From a bacterium (lineage in GTDB: Bacteria > Zhuqueibacterota > Zhuqueibacteria > Residuimicrobiales > Krinioviventaceae), in contig CAXXFV010000003.1 of assembly GCA_963674595.2 (NCBI GenBank), positions 326,634-390,633 of the forward strand: DNA of 64,000 nt, in the 5' to 3' direction. The position numbers and the translations under genes are program-made. Below are positions 41,506 to 50,756 of this stretch, one piece after another (positions within the stretch are counted from its first letter, which is position 1; every line of letters starts with the position of its first letter). Under the pieces are notes generated by a model that ran no database searches, was not told where the DNA came from, and saw only the letters and a list, made by a program, of their open reading frames with translations.

Positions 41506-42678
41506 TTAATCAGCAATCTGGTCCATTTCGGGATCAAGATTTAAATACATATCCATAAATTTGTAAACAAAATTATTTCTAAAACTGGAATTCTGTAGTA
41601 CAACAATTCCAATGTTACGTTCCGGGAGAAATGCACAATACGAACGGAAACCATGCAATCCGCCGCTGTGAAAAACCATTGTATGCCCGGCATAATCAAA
41701 AATCCGCCATCCCAATCCATAGGAAGCACTGCGCAAACGTCTCTCCCAATTAAATCGTCTCCGCTCATAGGGTGTTTTTATCTCCGGTTTGCAGACATCA
41801 GCAACCACCTCGGCTGGAAGCACATCAGGCATACCACCCAGCATGCCCCTTAACCATAGGGCCATGTCATAAATGCTAGCGTTGATTCCGGCGGCGGCAG
41901 GCACATTATAATACGTGTTTTTGGTGATTGTCGGCACCCATTCCTCGCAGCTTTTTCGGTGCGGACAAACCTTGTCATCGGTTGCATCTAAATCATCTTT
42001 GGTAAATGAAACATCCCGCATTCCAAGGGGTTGAGTCAACCGTTGCTTTAAAACATCCGTATATTTTTGATGTGTAGCGGATTCAATGATTTCGGTTATA
42101 AGATTATAAACCGTATTCTGATAGCCGTAACATTGCCCAACAGGCCCCATAATTTTCACATTATTCAATTCACCCATAATTTTTGAAAACGGCACATTGG
42201 CTTCAATTAAATTATCATAGGCATGCGGAATAAGTCCCGACGTATGGCTTAGAATATGGCGTATAGTTAAATTCTTACTGTTTTCCGGATTACTTAATGA
42301 AAAGTCAGGTAAATATGTCGATACCTTATCATCCCAATCCAAAACACCGTCCCGGACTAAAAGTCCGGTCAGTACGGATGCAAAGGTTTTTGAAACAGAG
42401 GCAATTCTAAAAACACTATGAGTATCAATCGGATCATCTTCCCCGACTTTTTTAACACCATAACCTTTAATAAAAACAATTTCACTATCCACAACAACGG
42501 CTATTGCGGCCCCGGGTATGTTTCCCTCTTTAATAAAATCTGTAACATAGGCATCAAAGTTTGTTAAAATATAATGCAAGCTTACATTATTACTCTCATC
42601 AGAACAAACAGATTGAACATTTATATTTATTAAAATTACACTTGCAAACAAAACCTTGACAATATACCTGAAAACCAT
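41506..42678 (-). CDS. Serine hydrolase, beta-lactamase class C/AmpC-like family
   Basis: FRIASVSK (SxxK), LSHTSG, YQN (YxN), YGLGW and HSGG. Start uncertain (ORF is open to 42741). Confidence 0.9.
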   Translation of the reverse strand: MVFRYIVKVLFASVILININVQSVCSDESNNVSLHYILTNFDAYVTDFIKEGNIPGAAIAVVVDSEIVFIKGYGVKKVGEDDPIDTHSVFRIASVSKTFASVLTGLLVRDGVLDWDDKVSTYLPDFSLSNPENSKNLTIRHILSHTSGLIPHAYDNLIEANVPFSKIMGELNNVKIMGPVGQCYGYQNTVYNLITEIIESATHQKYTDVLKQRLTQPLGMRDVSFTKDDLDATDDKVCPHRKSCEEWVPTITKNTYYNVPAAAGINASIYDMALWLRGMLGGMPDVLPAEVVADVCKPEIKTPYERRRFNWERRLRSASYGLGWRIFDYAGHTMVFHSGGLHGFRSYCAFLPERNIGIVVLQNSSFRNNFVYKFMDMYLNLDPEMDQIAD

Positions 42679-42906
42679 GTAAACTGAAAACCTTTCCATA
42701 TTCATAATATCTGACAGATGTATTATTGGATAGTGCTCCAATAGAAACCAAATAAGTTATATACAAGATAAAAAACCGATAGCATAAAAACAACCGGTTT
42801 AAATTTATCATATAGCGAAACAATTAACACATGGCTGGAGCAAATATCCTAATAACGAAAGAACCGTCAATTTTGCTTTAAATAGTTCAAGCCATTTTTT
42901 ATATCC

Positions 42907-43080
42907 TCAGCAATCATTAAATAATTTTTCAACAGGTTCCTGAATATAATAACTGCTTTCATTAGGGGGATTAAAACGCGGAAGGATATTGTCCCTGTCC
43001 AGCAAAACACGTGTCAAACTGTCATTTAAAATTTTTTCTTTATGCTGAACAGGGAAAAACGTCAAATCGATTCGATTTCC
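42907..43080 (-). pseudogene. Internal fragment of an aminoglycoside 6-adenylyltransferase (AadK/ANT(6))-like gene
   Basis: GNRIDLTF....DSLTRVLLDRDN..P..PPNESSYYIQEP.EK.FNDC resembles the AadK core, then stops where CNEFWW would follow. Recognised by eye only. Confidence 0.55.
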
Positions 43081-43134
43081 ATGCAGTCGATTTGACGTAA
43101 AACAATTTATAATACAACTATTCAAAACGATATT

Positions 43135-44211
43135 TTATTTAACTTTCATTACCCAGTTAAATTTATCCGGAACAGTACCGATTTGAATGCCGGTCAAAAT
43201 ATCATACAACCGTTGTGAAAGTTCACCAACCTGTCCCTGTGTAATTACAAGTTTTCGGTCGCCATAAGCCAACTCACCAACAGGTGATATAACCGCTGCC
43301 GTACCGGAACCAAAGACCTCTTCCAGCGTTCCATTTTCCTGAGCTTTAATAATTTCATCTATTGAAATTTTTCGTTCTGAAACAGTATATCCCAAATCTT
43401 TAAGCAACTCAATAACAGAATTCCGGGTTATTCCACCGAGAATACTTCCATTCAGTGCCGGCGTTATAATTTCATTATTAATTTTGAAAAAGACATTCAT
43501 CGTGCCGACTTCTTCAATATATTTTCTTTCAACACCATCCAGCCACAAAACCTGTGAATATCCTTTTTCTTTGGCTTCGGTCTGAGCTTTTAAACTGGCG
43601 GCATAATTTGCAGCCGCTTTAGCTTCACCGATACCGCCCTTTACGGCCCTGACATAATGCTGTTCTACATAAATTTTAACAGGATTAAATCCTTCTGCAT
43701 AATAAGCGCCGACCGGTGATAATATAATTAAAAATTTATAAGTATAAGAAGCACGAACTCCAACAAAAGGGTCTGTGGCAAACACAAAAGGCCTTATATA
43801 AAGACTTGTACCCGGCTCCTTTGGAATCCAGTCCGCATCCAGTTTTACAAGCTCAAGCATGGCCTCCATCACGAGATCCGGGTCCAAAACAGGAATACAC
43901 AACTTTTCGCAGGACATGTTCAAACGCTTTACGTTCATATCCGGGCGAAAAAGTAATATTTCACCTTTTGAAGACAGGTAAGCTTTTAATCCTTCAAAAA
44001 TAGCCTGACCATAATGAAAGACCATTGCGGCCGGACTAAGATTTAAATAAGCATAGGGCTGTATTTCAGGATTGTGCCAACCTTTACCCTTTTCATATTC
44101 CATAACAAACATGTGGTCTGTAAAATATTGACCAAATCCTAAAGTTGTTTGATCCGGTTTTTGTTTTTTTTCAGTCGATTTAGTTATTTTAATATTCATC
44201 GTTTTTTCCAT
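43135..44211 (-). CDS. ilvE: Branched-chain amino acid aminotransferase
   Basis: LGFGQYFTDHMF, HYGQAIFEGLKAY, LYIRP, GEAKAAANY, EEVGTMN and GSGTAAVISPVG. Confidence 0.96.
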   Translation of the reverse strand: MEKTMNIKITKSTEKKQKPDQTTLGFGQYFTDHMFVMEYEKGKGWHNPEIQPYAYLNLSPAAMVFHYGQAIFEGLKAYLSSKGEILLFRPDMNVKRLNMSCEKLCIPVLDPDLVMEAMLELVKLDADWIPKEPGTSLYIRPFVFATDPFVGVRASYTYKFLIILSPVGAYYAEGFNPVKIYVEQHYVRAVKGGIGEAKAAANYAASLKAQTEAKEKGYSQVLWLDGVERKYIEEVGTMNVFFKINNEIITPALNGSILGGITRNSVIELLKDLGYTVSERKISIDEIIKAQENGTLEEVFGSGTAAVISPVGELAYGDRKLVITQGQVGELSQRLYDILTGIQIGTVPDKFNWVMKVK

Positions 44212-44366
44212 TACTTGAATTTCGAGCTTTTATTAAAAGTATCTTTCTCTTTAATAATAACAAATTTTCACCTAAAATCAATCTTTTTTATCTTTATTTT
44301 TTAATATTTTATATCCAACAATAATTTGCAGCCCTGAAATAATTTTTAGAAATAACCAAAAAGAAG

Positions 44367-44399
44367 AAAAAAAAAGCCCGGCATTTCTGCCGGGCTTTT
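44367..44399 (-). terminator. Rho-independent terminator of the Ig-repeat gene
   Basis: Minus strand AAAAGCCCGGCA-gaaa-TGCCGGGC followed by a T9 tract. Confidence 0.88.
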
Positions 44400-44403
44400 C
44401 ATT

Positions 44404-46968
44404 TTATTTCATCATGACCATTTTTCGAGTCAATAAAACATCATCTCCGGCTCTGAGTGTATAAAAATAAAGCCCGCTGGACACTTTATTATTACTCAGA
44501 TCGCATCCGTTCCATTTTACAGTATTCACTCCTGCTTTGCTTACCTCATCCACCAGGGTAACTATCTTTTGCCCGATGAGATTGTACACCGCAAGTGTTA
44601 CATGTGTTTCTTTTGGCAGCGTGAACTGTATTGTTGTTTCCGGATTGAATGGATTGGGGAAATTTTGCATCAGTCCAAAATTCTCCGGATAGACAGCAAC
44701 AGTTTGTTCGCTTATATCTGTTGTTTTATCAATCTTTTTGATAACCAACGTACTGAAATGTTCAATATTGGCATAAATTCTATTTGCGACCGTATCTACT
44801 AAAACATTGGTAATTCCTGTTGTCGTAAAGCTCCCGTCGCCTTCCATAAAAAACAAACCCAATTCAGACGCATCAATACCCAGTGAATCCAACAAATCCT
44901 CTTTAAACGGAATAGATAAATTCAATGGAATTTGGAAATAATAGGGTTCAACAGGTTCACTATTAACAGTGACAAGAAATTTTACACCATTAATAATTTG
45001 TTCCGTACTGTCGAACTTTGATGGCAGCATCATGAATATTTCAATATCTTGATTTAAACTTCCATCCGGGAAGAAGATTCGGCCGCCGTTCAGGAGATTC
45101 AACGGATAAGGTAAACCTCTTATTTTATAAACACCGCCTTCTTCAACAACAACAGGATGAAGGACATGGCCATTTGGTAAAACACGGGAAATTGTTACTG
45201 TATTAATTATTCCATCTTGTGCATTCGGATCAATAACTGTTACAGTGCATGTTGCTTCATTATTTTCAAGTTTCGCTTTGACAACGGCTACACCGGCAAC
45301 CTGGGCCTGAAAAAAACCACCTTCAGAAAGTACACCGACAGAATCCCCATGTATCGTCCAACGGGCTGTTGTATCCACAAGAGTATTACCGTGAATTCGG
45401 TATTGGGCGGTAAACTGTATGGTTTCACCAATCTGAAGCATAACATCATCCTGATTAATTCTCAGGCGTTTACCTACATTATCTCCCCCCTCACCATTCT
45501 CATCGTCATCAATTGCTTCAACATCTACTTTAACTTTATCCGACAAGTCGCCCACAGCGGCTGTTATCCAACCTTTTCCTTCCTCCAGTCCAAAAAACAA
45601 ACCAGGAGTAACCAGATCAAATACGCCCAAGGTAGTTGGGTCTACTGACCAGACGATTGTGGTGTCAATTTCATTGCCGGTGCTGTCATAATAGGCAGCA
45701 GCCAGTTGGACGGAATCACCAAGAGCAATCTCTACTTTTTTAACAAGAATTTTTACACCAGGTAATTTCGATGGGGCGTCATCATCCTCATCTTCTCCCT
45801 CCACTTCAATTTCAACCTTTGCCTGCAAGTCACCCGAAACAGCAAAAATATGACCTTTGCCGGCATGGTCTGCTGTAAATAATCCTGAAACTGTTGCATC
45901 AAAACTACCAAGAAAAACAGGAGAAACAGACCATCTAAATTCCGCCTCAATTTCTTCCCCGGTTTCATCCAAATAGCGGGCCTGCATCTGAACATTTTCA
46001 CCAATATTCAATTTAACGTCTTCATTTAGAATTTCTATACGAGGCAAATGTTTATCATTATCATTCTTTGTGCTGTCCTGAATTTCGACTTTAATCTCAT
46101 CAAACAAATCCCCGACAGTGGCTGTAATGGTGCCCTTTCCTCCCTTGAGGCTGATAAACAAACCGGTAGTATCCGAATCAAATTCTCCCAAAGATGGTGG
46201 TGTCACTGACCAGGTAATTGTCGTGTCAATCGGATTGCCGAGGCTGTCATATAAAGCGGCTGTTAATTGTGCCGAATCACCAAGGGCAATCACTATATCT
46301 TCATCAAGGATTTCTAAATAATATCCTGATTCATCGTCAACATTATTTCCTCCCCCATTCCCATTATCGGTTTTAATAGTAACTTTTACAGAATCGGACA
46401 TGTCTCCTAATTCGGCAACAATCCAGCCTTGTCCTTCGCTTGCAGCCGTAAAAATATAATTTTCATCTATTGTCCCCAGGGAATCCGGATTTACAGCCCA
46501 TGAACAAGTTGTGTCGATTTTAGTATTATGGTCATCAATATAAACAACAGAAAGCTGCTCTGTCTCACCCGGTGCAAGTCTGATATTCTTATTTTCAATT
46601 TCAATTCGTGACTTGTCCTTTTCACCACCACCAGGATTATCATCATCCTCAGGATTTTCAACTTCGATTTCAACCTCGTCTTCCAATCCCTCATAGGTCA
46701 CTTTGATATGACCCATTCCCTCTGTTGCGGCCGTAAATAAGCCTGACTCATTAAATGTACCTAAGGAATCGGGTTCAACAGTCCATTGAAAATTTTGTTG
46801 GCTTTCATTATCTAATGAATCAATATAAACAGCCTGCATTTGAACAGACTCTCCCACCTCGAGTTTGACATCACCAGTCTTAATCTCAACGCGTTCATCG
46901 GCAAATACAGCATTTGCAAAACTAGATAGAAAAACAAGACTTGTAATAGCATAGTATCGAAGCTTCAT
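44404..46968 (-). CDS. Secreted surface protein: six Ig-like (Big_2-type) repeats, ZU5-like domain, FlgD-Ig/T9SS-type C-terminal domain
   Basis: Signal peptide from ATG 46968 (AGGAG upstream). Six repeats of about 85 aa (L..G...Q..A.Y.D......W.V.P..LG....GLF.A...G.G.I....G.L...V.V.V), then IEHFS and QNFPNPFNPETTI...GLYFYTL. Confidence 0.85.
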   Translation of the reverse strand: MKLRYYAITSLVFLSSFANAVFADERVEIKTGDVKLEVGESVQMQAVYIDSLDNESQQNFQWTVEPDSLGTFNESGLFTAATEGMGHIKVTYEGLEDEVEIEVENPEDDDNPGGGEKDKSRIEIENKNIRLAPGETEQLSVVYIDDHNTKIDTTCSWAVNPDSLGTIDENYIFTAASEGQGWIVAELGDMSDSVKVTIKTDNGNGGGNNVDDESGYYLEILDEDIVIALGDSAQLTAALYDSLGNPIDTTITWSVTPPSLGEFDSDTTGLFISLKGGKGTITATVGDLFDEIKVEIQDSTKNDNDKHLPRIEILNEDVKLNIGENVQMQARYLDETGEEIEAEFRWSVSPVFLGSFDATVSGLFTADHAGKGHIFAVSGDLQAKVEIEVEGEDEDDDAPSKLPGVKILVKKVEIALGDSVQLAAAYYDSTGNEIDTTIVWSVDPTTLGVFDLVTPGLFFGLEEGKGWITAAVGDLSDKVKVDVEAIDDDENGEGGDNVGKRLRINQDDVMLQIGETIQFTAQYRIHGNTLVDTTARWTIHGDSVGVLSEGGFFQAQVAGVAVVKAKLENNEATCTVTVIDPNAQDGIINTVTISRVLPNGHVLHPVVVEEGGVYKIRGLPYPLNLLNGGRIFFPDGSLNQDIEIFMMLPSKFDSTEQIINGVKFLVTVNSEPVEPYYFQIPLNLSIPFKEDLLDSLGIDASELGLFFMEGDGSFTTTGITNVLVDTVANRIYANIEHFSTLVIKKIDKTTDISEQTVAVYPENFGLMQNFPNPFNPETTIQFTLPKETHVTLAVYNLIGQKIVTLVDEVSKAGVNTVKWNGCDLSNNKVSSGLYFYTLRAGDDVLLTRKMVMMK

Positions 46969-47651
46969 TCTTACTCCTGTTTCTAATGTTCTATTATTTT
47001 GGTAATTATATAAAAATATACAGCAAAAATTACACCAGACAACAGTTAAATGCTGTAAAACAACTCTACATAAGTTCAATATTTTTATACAATTTCACAT
47101 GCCTGATTTCAAAAAAGATTATTCTTGCTATCTATTTCAATTTTGTTAATCATAAAATTACAATATTATAATCAGCCTCATACACATTTTCCCTTTTCAC
47201 GCTTGTTTTTAAGAAAGTTATATGTAAATTTTGTTGCTCCAGCCTAAATTTAATAAAGTGTCTCACAAAGAGACTTGATCCCTAAATCAGAATTAAAACT
47301 ATTATTTACAAAGACTTTTTTTCTACACGCAAAATTACAGTTAAACACTTGACAATGATAAAATTATTACCTATTTTTTCAATCGACATTTGTGCTATCA
47401 GGTAATTTTTCGACTTGTTTGCCGCATTCATTTTGCAACAATTCAAACATTGTATGGTAATTTTATTCAATAAAATTTGTGGCAAAAGCGACACACTATA
47501 TAAATTAATAACACAACAAAAAAATACAACGGTCTGTTTCCAAGTTTTATAACAACCAAAGAGAAACCAGGGAAAATACAATTCAGGCAACGTCCAAGCG
47601 TTTATTGTTACCAACAACTGATAATAAATTGAACTATAAATGGAGCTAGAG

Positions 47652-49583
47652 ATGGAAAAAAGCACACGTACGATATGGTTAGTTTTATCAATTTTAACAC
47701 TTTGTTTTCAATCTGTTTTTGCTATCACTGATTTTAAAATTAATGGTGATAAAGAAATCACCATTCAAAATATAAACTATCAGGCAATATTTACCGCAAA
47801 CTTGTCAGCGCCAGGCGTTAGAATACGTTATTATATGTATGAAGATTTTAACGGGAACGGTATATTAGATGAAACAGATCCTATATCGTTTGATGGTTAT
47901 TTGCAGGATGGGATCGGCTGGATAGGCTTACTGCATCACCCTTTGCAGGCAATTATTGGTGATGAAAACGGTCGAGATGGAACATTAAAAATAACTTTAA
48001 CTGTTACAAAAGATTTGATCAACCGACTTCCCAACGGCACATTATTTTTTAAATTTGTTGACGAGGATAAAACCATCGATACAGCGGTTGTGCACCTTGA
48101 CTGCCAGGTAGAGGGGACAAGAATAACAGGTCGTGTAACTGATCCTGATGGAAACGGATTAAGCGGTATTGCCATAGATTTTGGTTGCAGCCGGGAAGAT
48201 GGCTATTACTGGTATGCGGGATTTACAAATCCGGAGGGTTATTATACGGCCGTTTTACCTTTTGCAGATACCTGGTCATTACGGGCTTTTGACCGAAACG
48301 GTGGATTTTATAAAACCAAAAACATCAATGGGATAATTGTCCAGGAAAACGAGAATAAGGTTTTTGATCTGCAAATGACACCCGTCAATGCAGCGCTGGA
48401 GGGCCATGTAAAATTCTCCGACGGCACTCCCGCTGTTGGTGCAGTTCTGACATTTATAAATGCCAACTGGGATGAGATCAGTTGTATAACGGACGAAAAT
48501 GGCTATTATAAAATAGGGGCCATTGCTGGTAATATGCAGGTTTTTACCATAACCGCATCGGTAGATGATAGCAGTTATTTTGTAGCATACGAACAAAATG
48601 AAGAAATACCAATAACGGCGAATGAAACGGCAGTTAAAGATTTTACAGCCGTACCTTATACAGCATGGATTACAGGCAATGTCAAATTCTTTAATGACTT
48701 TGTAGAGCAGCCCAATGCCGGAAACACAGAAAACGCTGTAACAGTTAAAGTAAAATGGGATGATGCCGAATCAGGAAAACGGTATGTAAACAGTACGAAT
48801 TCCCTGCACAACGGTACATACAGATTAGGACTTACTGCTGGAACGGTAGATGATTTCTCTGCATCGTCCAACATGATGTCTACCGGTTTGAATTATACAA
48901 ACCTGCCGACAGACAATGTTAATGCCGGCGATACCTTTACAAATATTGATATGAATATAACACGAAACTCAAATGACATGTTGAAAGTAGTTGGTACCGT
49001 TGAAGACGAAAGCGGTGCACCGGTTTCAAACGCATACGTCGCTGTTTTTAATCCCTATGTGCGCGCGCCGGAAACACAGGGATACACTTTAACCGAATCC
49101 GACGGCACATATCGTCTTCCATTCCTGGCCAGCCTCTACGATCCTTATAGTTCAGGTGGCACATGGGACCCGAATTATCTCACCGGAGTTTATGCAGAAG
49201 GTTTCTCCCCTGATCCGGATGTAAATATCATTGACGACCAAACCCAACCTGGAGAAATCGTTTTTGATTATACGCTAACCCCTATAGCAACAGGTATTGA
49301 TGCTACAGAGGTGACTCCAGGAACTTTTCAACTGGAACAAAATTATCCCAACCCTTTTAATGCCGGTACCTTTTTATACTATGAAATCCCACAGAGCGGA
49401 CAGGTAAAACTGGTTGTTTATAATACCAATGGTCAGCAAGTGGACACATTGGTTGACGGATTCCGGACCAAAGGCCGCCATACAATTATCTGGCATGCCA
49501 GAAATGTTGCTTCCGGCCAATATATTTTCCGTTTAACAACCGGCAGCTATTGCGCCATAAGGAAATGTTCGCTTGTTAAATAG
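47652..49583 (+). CDS. Secreted protein with carboxypeptidase-regulatory-like repeats and FlgD-Ig/T9SS-type C-terminal domain
   Basis: Signal peptide, DFNGNGILD, repeats such as ITGRVTDPDGNGLSG...TNPEGYY and VVGTVEDESGAPVSNA...TESDGTY, and QLEQNYPNPFN. The ORF is open from 47640. Confidence 0.85.
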   Translation: MEKSTRTIWLVLSILTLCFQSVFAITDFKINGDKEITIQNINYQAIFTANLSAPGVRIRYYMYEDFNGNGILDETDPISFDGYLQDGIGWIGLLHHPLQAIIGDENGRDGTLKITLTVTKDLINRLPNGTLFFKFVDEDKTIDTAVVHLDCQVEGTRITGRVTDPDGNGLSGIAIDFGCSREDGYYWYAGFTNPEGYYTAVLPFADTWSLRAFDRNGGFYKTKNINGIIVQENENKVFDLQMTPVNAALEGHVKFSDGTPAVGAVLTFINANWDEISCITDENGYYKIGAIAGNMQVFTITASVDDSSYFVAYEQNEEIPITANETAVKDFTAVPYTAWITGNVKFFNDFVEQPNAGNTENAVTVKVKWDDAESGKRYVNSTNSLHNGTYRLGLTAGTVDDFSASSNMMSTGLNYTNLPTDNVNAGDTFTNIDMNITRNSNDMLKVVGTVEDESGAPVSNAYVAVFNPYVRAPETQGYTLTESDGTYRLPFLASLYDPYSSGGTWDPNYLTGVYAEGFSPDPDVNIIDDQTQPGEIVFDYTLTPIATGIDATEVTPGTFQLEQNYPNPFNAGTFLYYEIPQSGQVKLVVYNTNGQQVDTLVDGFRTKGRHTIIWHARNVASGQYIFRLTTGSYCAIRKCSLVK

Positions 49584-49603
49584 AGATGTGTTATAATTAC
49601 ATG

Positions 49604-49639
49604 ATTGAATCCTATCTGACAAGTTAGATAGGATTCAAT
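49604..49639. terminator. Stem-loop between convergent genes
   Basis: ATTGAATCCTATCT-gacaagtt-AGATAGGATTCAAT, 14-bp perfect stem. Confidence 0.6.
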
Positions 49640-49783
49640 TCTTGGGGCTGTATTAAAAGTTTGATGCAAAGCAAAAAAGATGTTATCACCCCATGCATTC
49701 CTGGAAATCAACTATTATATAACTTTTTCTTTCACAAAAAATTATATTATTCTTTATTAAATATATTAAGTTTATTCACATAT

Positions 49784-50434
49784 TCAAGACATCGGCCTTA
49801 CAGAATCTTTGACATGATCAATAATCAAAGTTTTAATCTTTTCTTTATCATTATGCATTAATGTTTCCAGATATTTTTCATGTGATGCGAGTAATTCAGA
49901 TGCCTGAGTCCAATGTTTCATTTGTTGAATATTAAATGATATATAAAAAAGCGGCGTTACAATACGGGTCAAAGTATCGTAAAGAATTTCATTTTCAGAT
50001 TTTTCCCATACATACTGATGGAATTCCATATCACTTTTTGTAAACAGCAGCGGTTGATCGTCTGCAATAGCTTCTTTCATTTGCGTTATTAATTGTGTTA
50101 ATGCTGCAAAATCCCCTTCATTCATTTTGGTTAACGCACAAAGACATGCCATTTCTTCAAGACAAATTCTAATCTCATTTCTCTCTCTGATCTCATTTTG
50201 AGAAATCTCTTTTACAAACGTCCCTTTGTTGGGAATTTTAACAATTAATCCAACGTGTTCTAATTGTAATAAAGCTTCCCGAACTGTTGCCTGACTGACA
50301 CCAAATTCATTAGCCAGATGCAGTTCAACAAGGGCATCACCCGGTGAGAGTTTTCCGGCAAACATGGCTTCTTTTAAAGCATCATACATGACTTGTTTTC
50401 GTGACGTTATTTTAATCGGCTCAAACATTTTCAT
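49784..50434 (-). CDS. GntR family (FCD subfamily) transcriptional regulator
   Basis: LSPGDALVELHLANEFGVSQATVREAL..LE..GL...PNKGTFV wHTH; FCD motifs DMEFH...SEN..L and EH-like SH..YL. Confidence 0.93.
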   Translation of the reverse strand: MKMFEPIKITSRKQVMYDALKEAMFAGKLSPGDALVELHLANEFGVSQATVREALLQLEHVGLIVKIPNKGTFVKEISQNEIRERNEIRICLEEMACLCALTKMNEGDFAALTQLITQMKEAIADDQPLLFTKSDMEFHQYVWEKSENEILYDTLTRIVTPLFYISFNIQQMKHWTQASELLASHEKYLETLMHNDKEKIKTLIIDHVKDSVRPMS

Positions 50435-50600
50435 CCTGCATTTTTACTTTGACTAAAATTATATTGAAATAAAACAAAAATTTAAAAAAATCAAACCAAT
50501 ATTTTTAGCTAATTCTCCATTCCGAATAAAATTAATTTAAAAATACTAGTGTTCGAAAAGGTCACAGCAATTCTTTTTAAGGAAATTTCTTAAAAAAAAC

Positions 50601-50656
50601 TTGATTTTTCTAATAACCAGCATTATATTATCAATAATCAATTATTGATAATATAA
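50601..50656 (+). promoter_or_regulatory. Sigma70-type promoter overlapped by a perfect 34-bp palindromic operator
   Basis: TTGATT(50601-06)-N17-TATATT(50624-29). TTATATTATCAATAAT-CA-ATTATTGATAATATAA at 50623-50656. Confidence 0.75.
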
Positions 50657-50756
50657 CAAACAAGGCAATTAATTTCAAGGTTTTTATTACATTAATTCAC
50701 TTTTATTTAAATGCCGTCTATTTTATCGGATAAATTCTTAAAGAAAGGGATTTATT

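Noticed and set aside
42907-42909. Selenocysteine read-through of the TGA at the position of the second Cys of the AadK DCC motif
   Set aside because: The sequence after the TGA does not continue with NEFWW-like residues, and no SECIS-like hairpin is evident.
41506-43080. Antibiotic-resistance island (beta-lactamase-family gene plus aadK remnant)
   Set aside because: The serine hydrolase family includes many esterases and peptidases, the aadK-like piece is a fragment, and no mobility genes or integron features are nearby.
46970-47650. Riboswitch or ncRNA in the long intergenic region between the two secreted-protein genes
   Set aside because: AT-rich with a TTGACA-N17-TATTTT candidate near 47349, but no recognisable aptamer consensus or strong hairpin. 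An Rfam/Infernal scan would be needed. The 47306..47665 ORF looks spurious.
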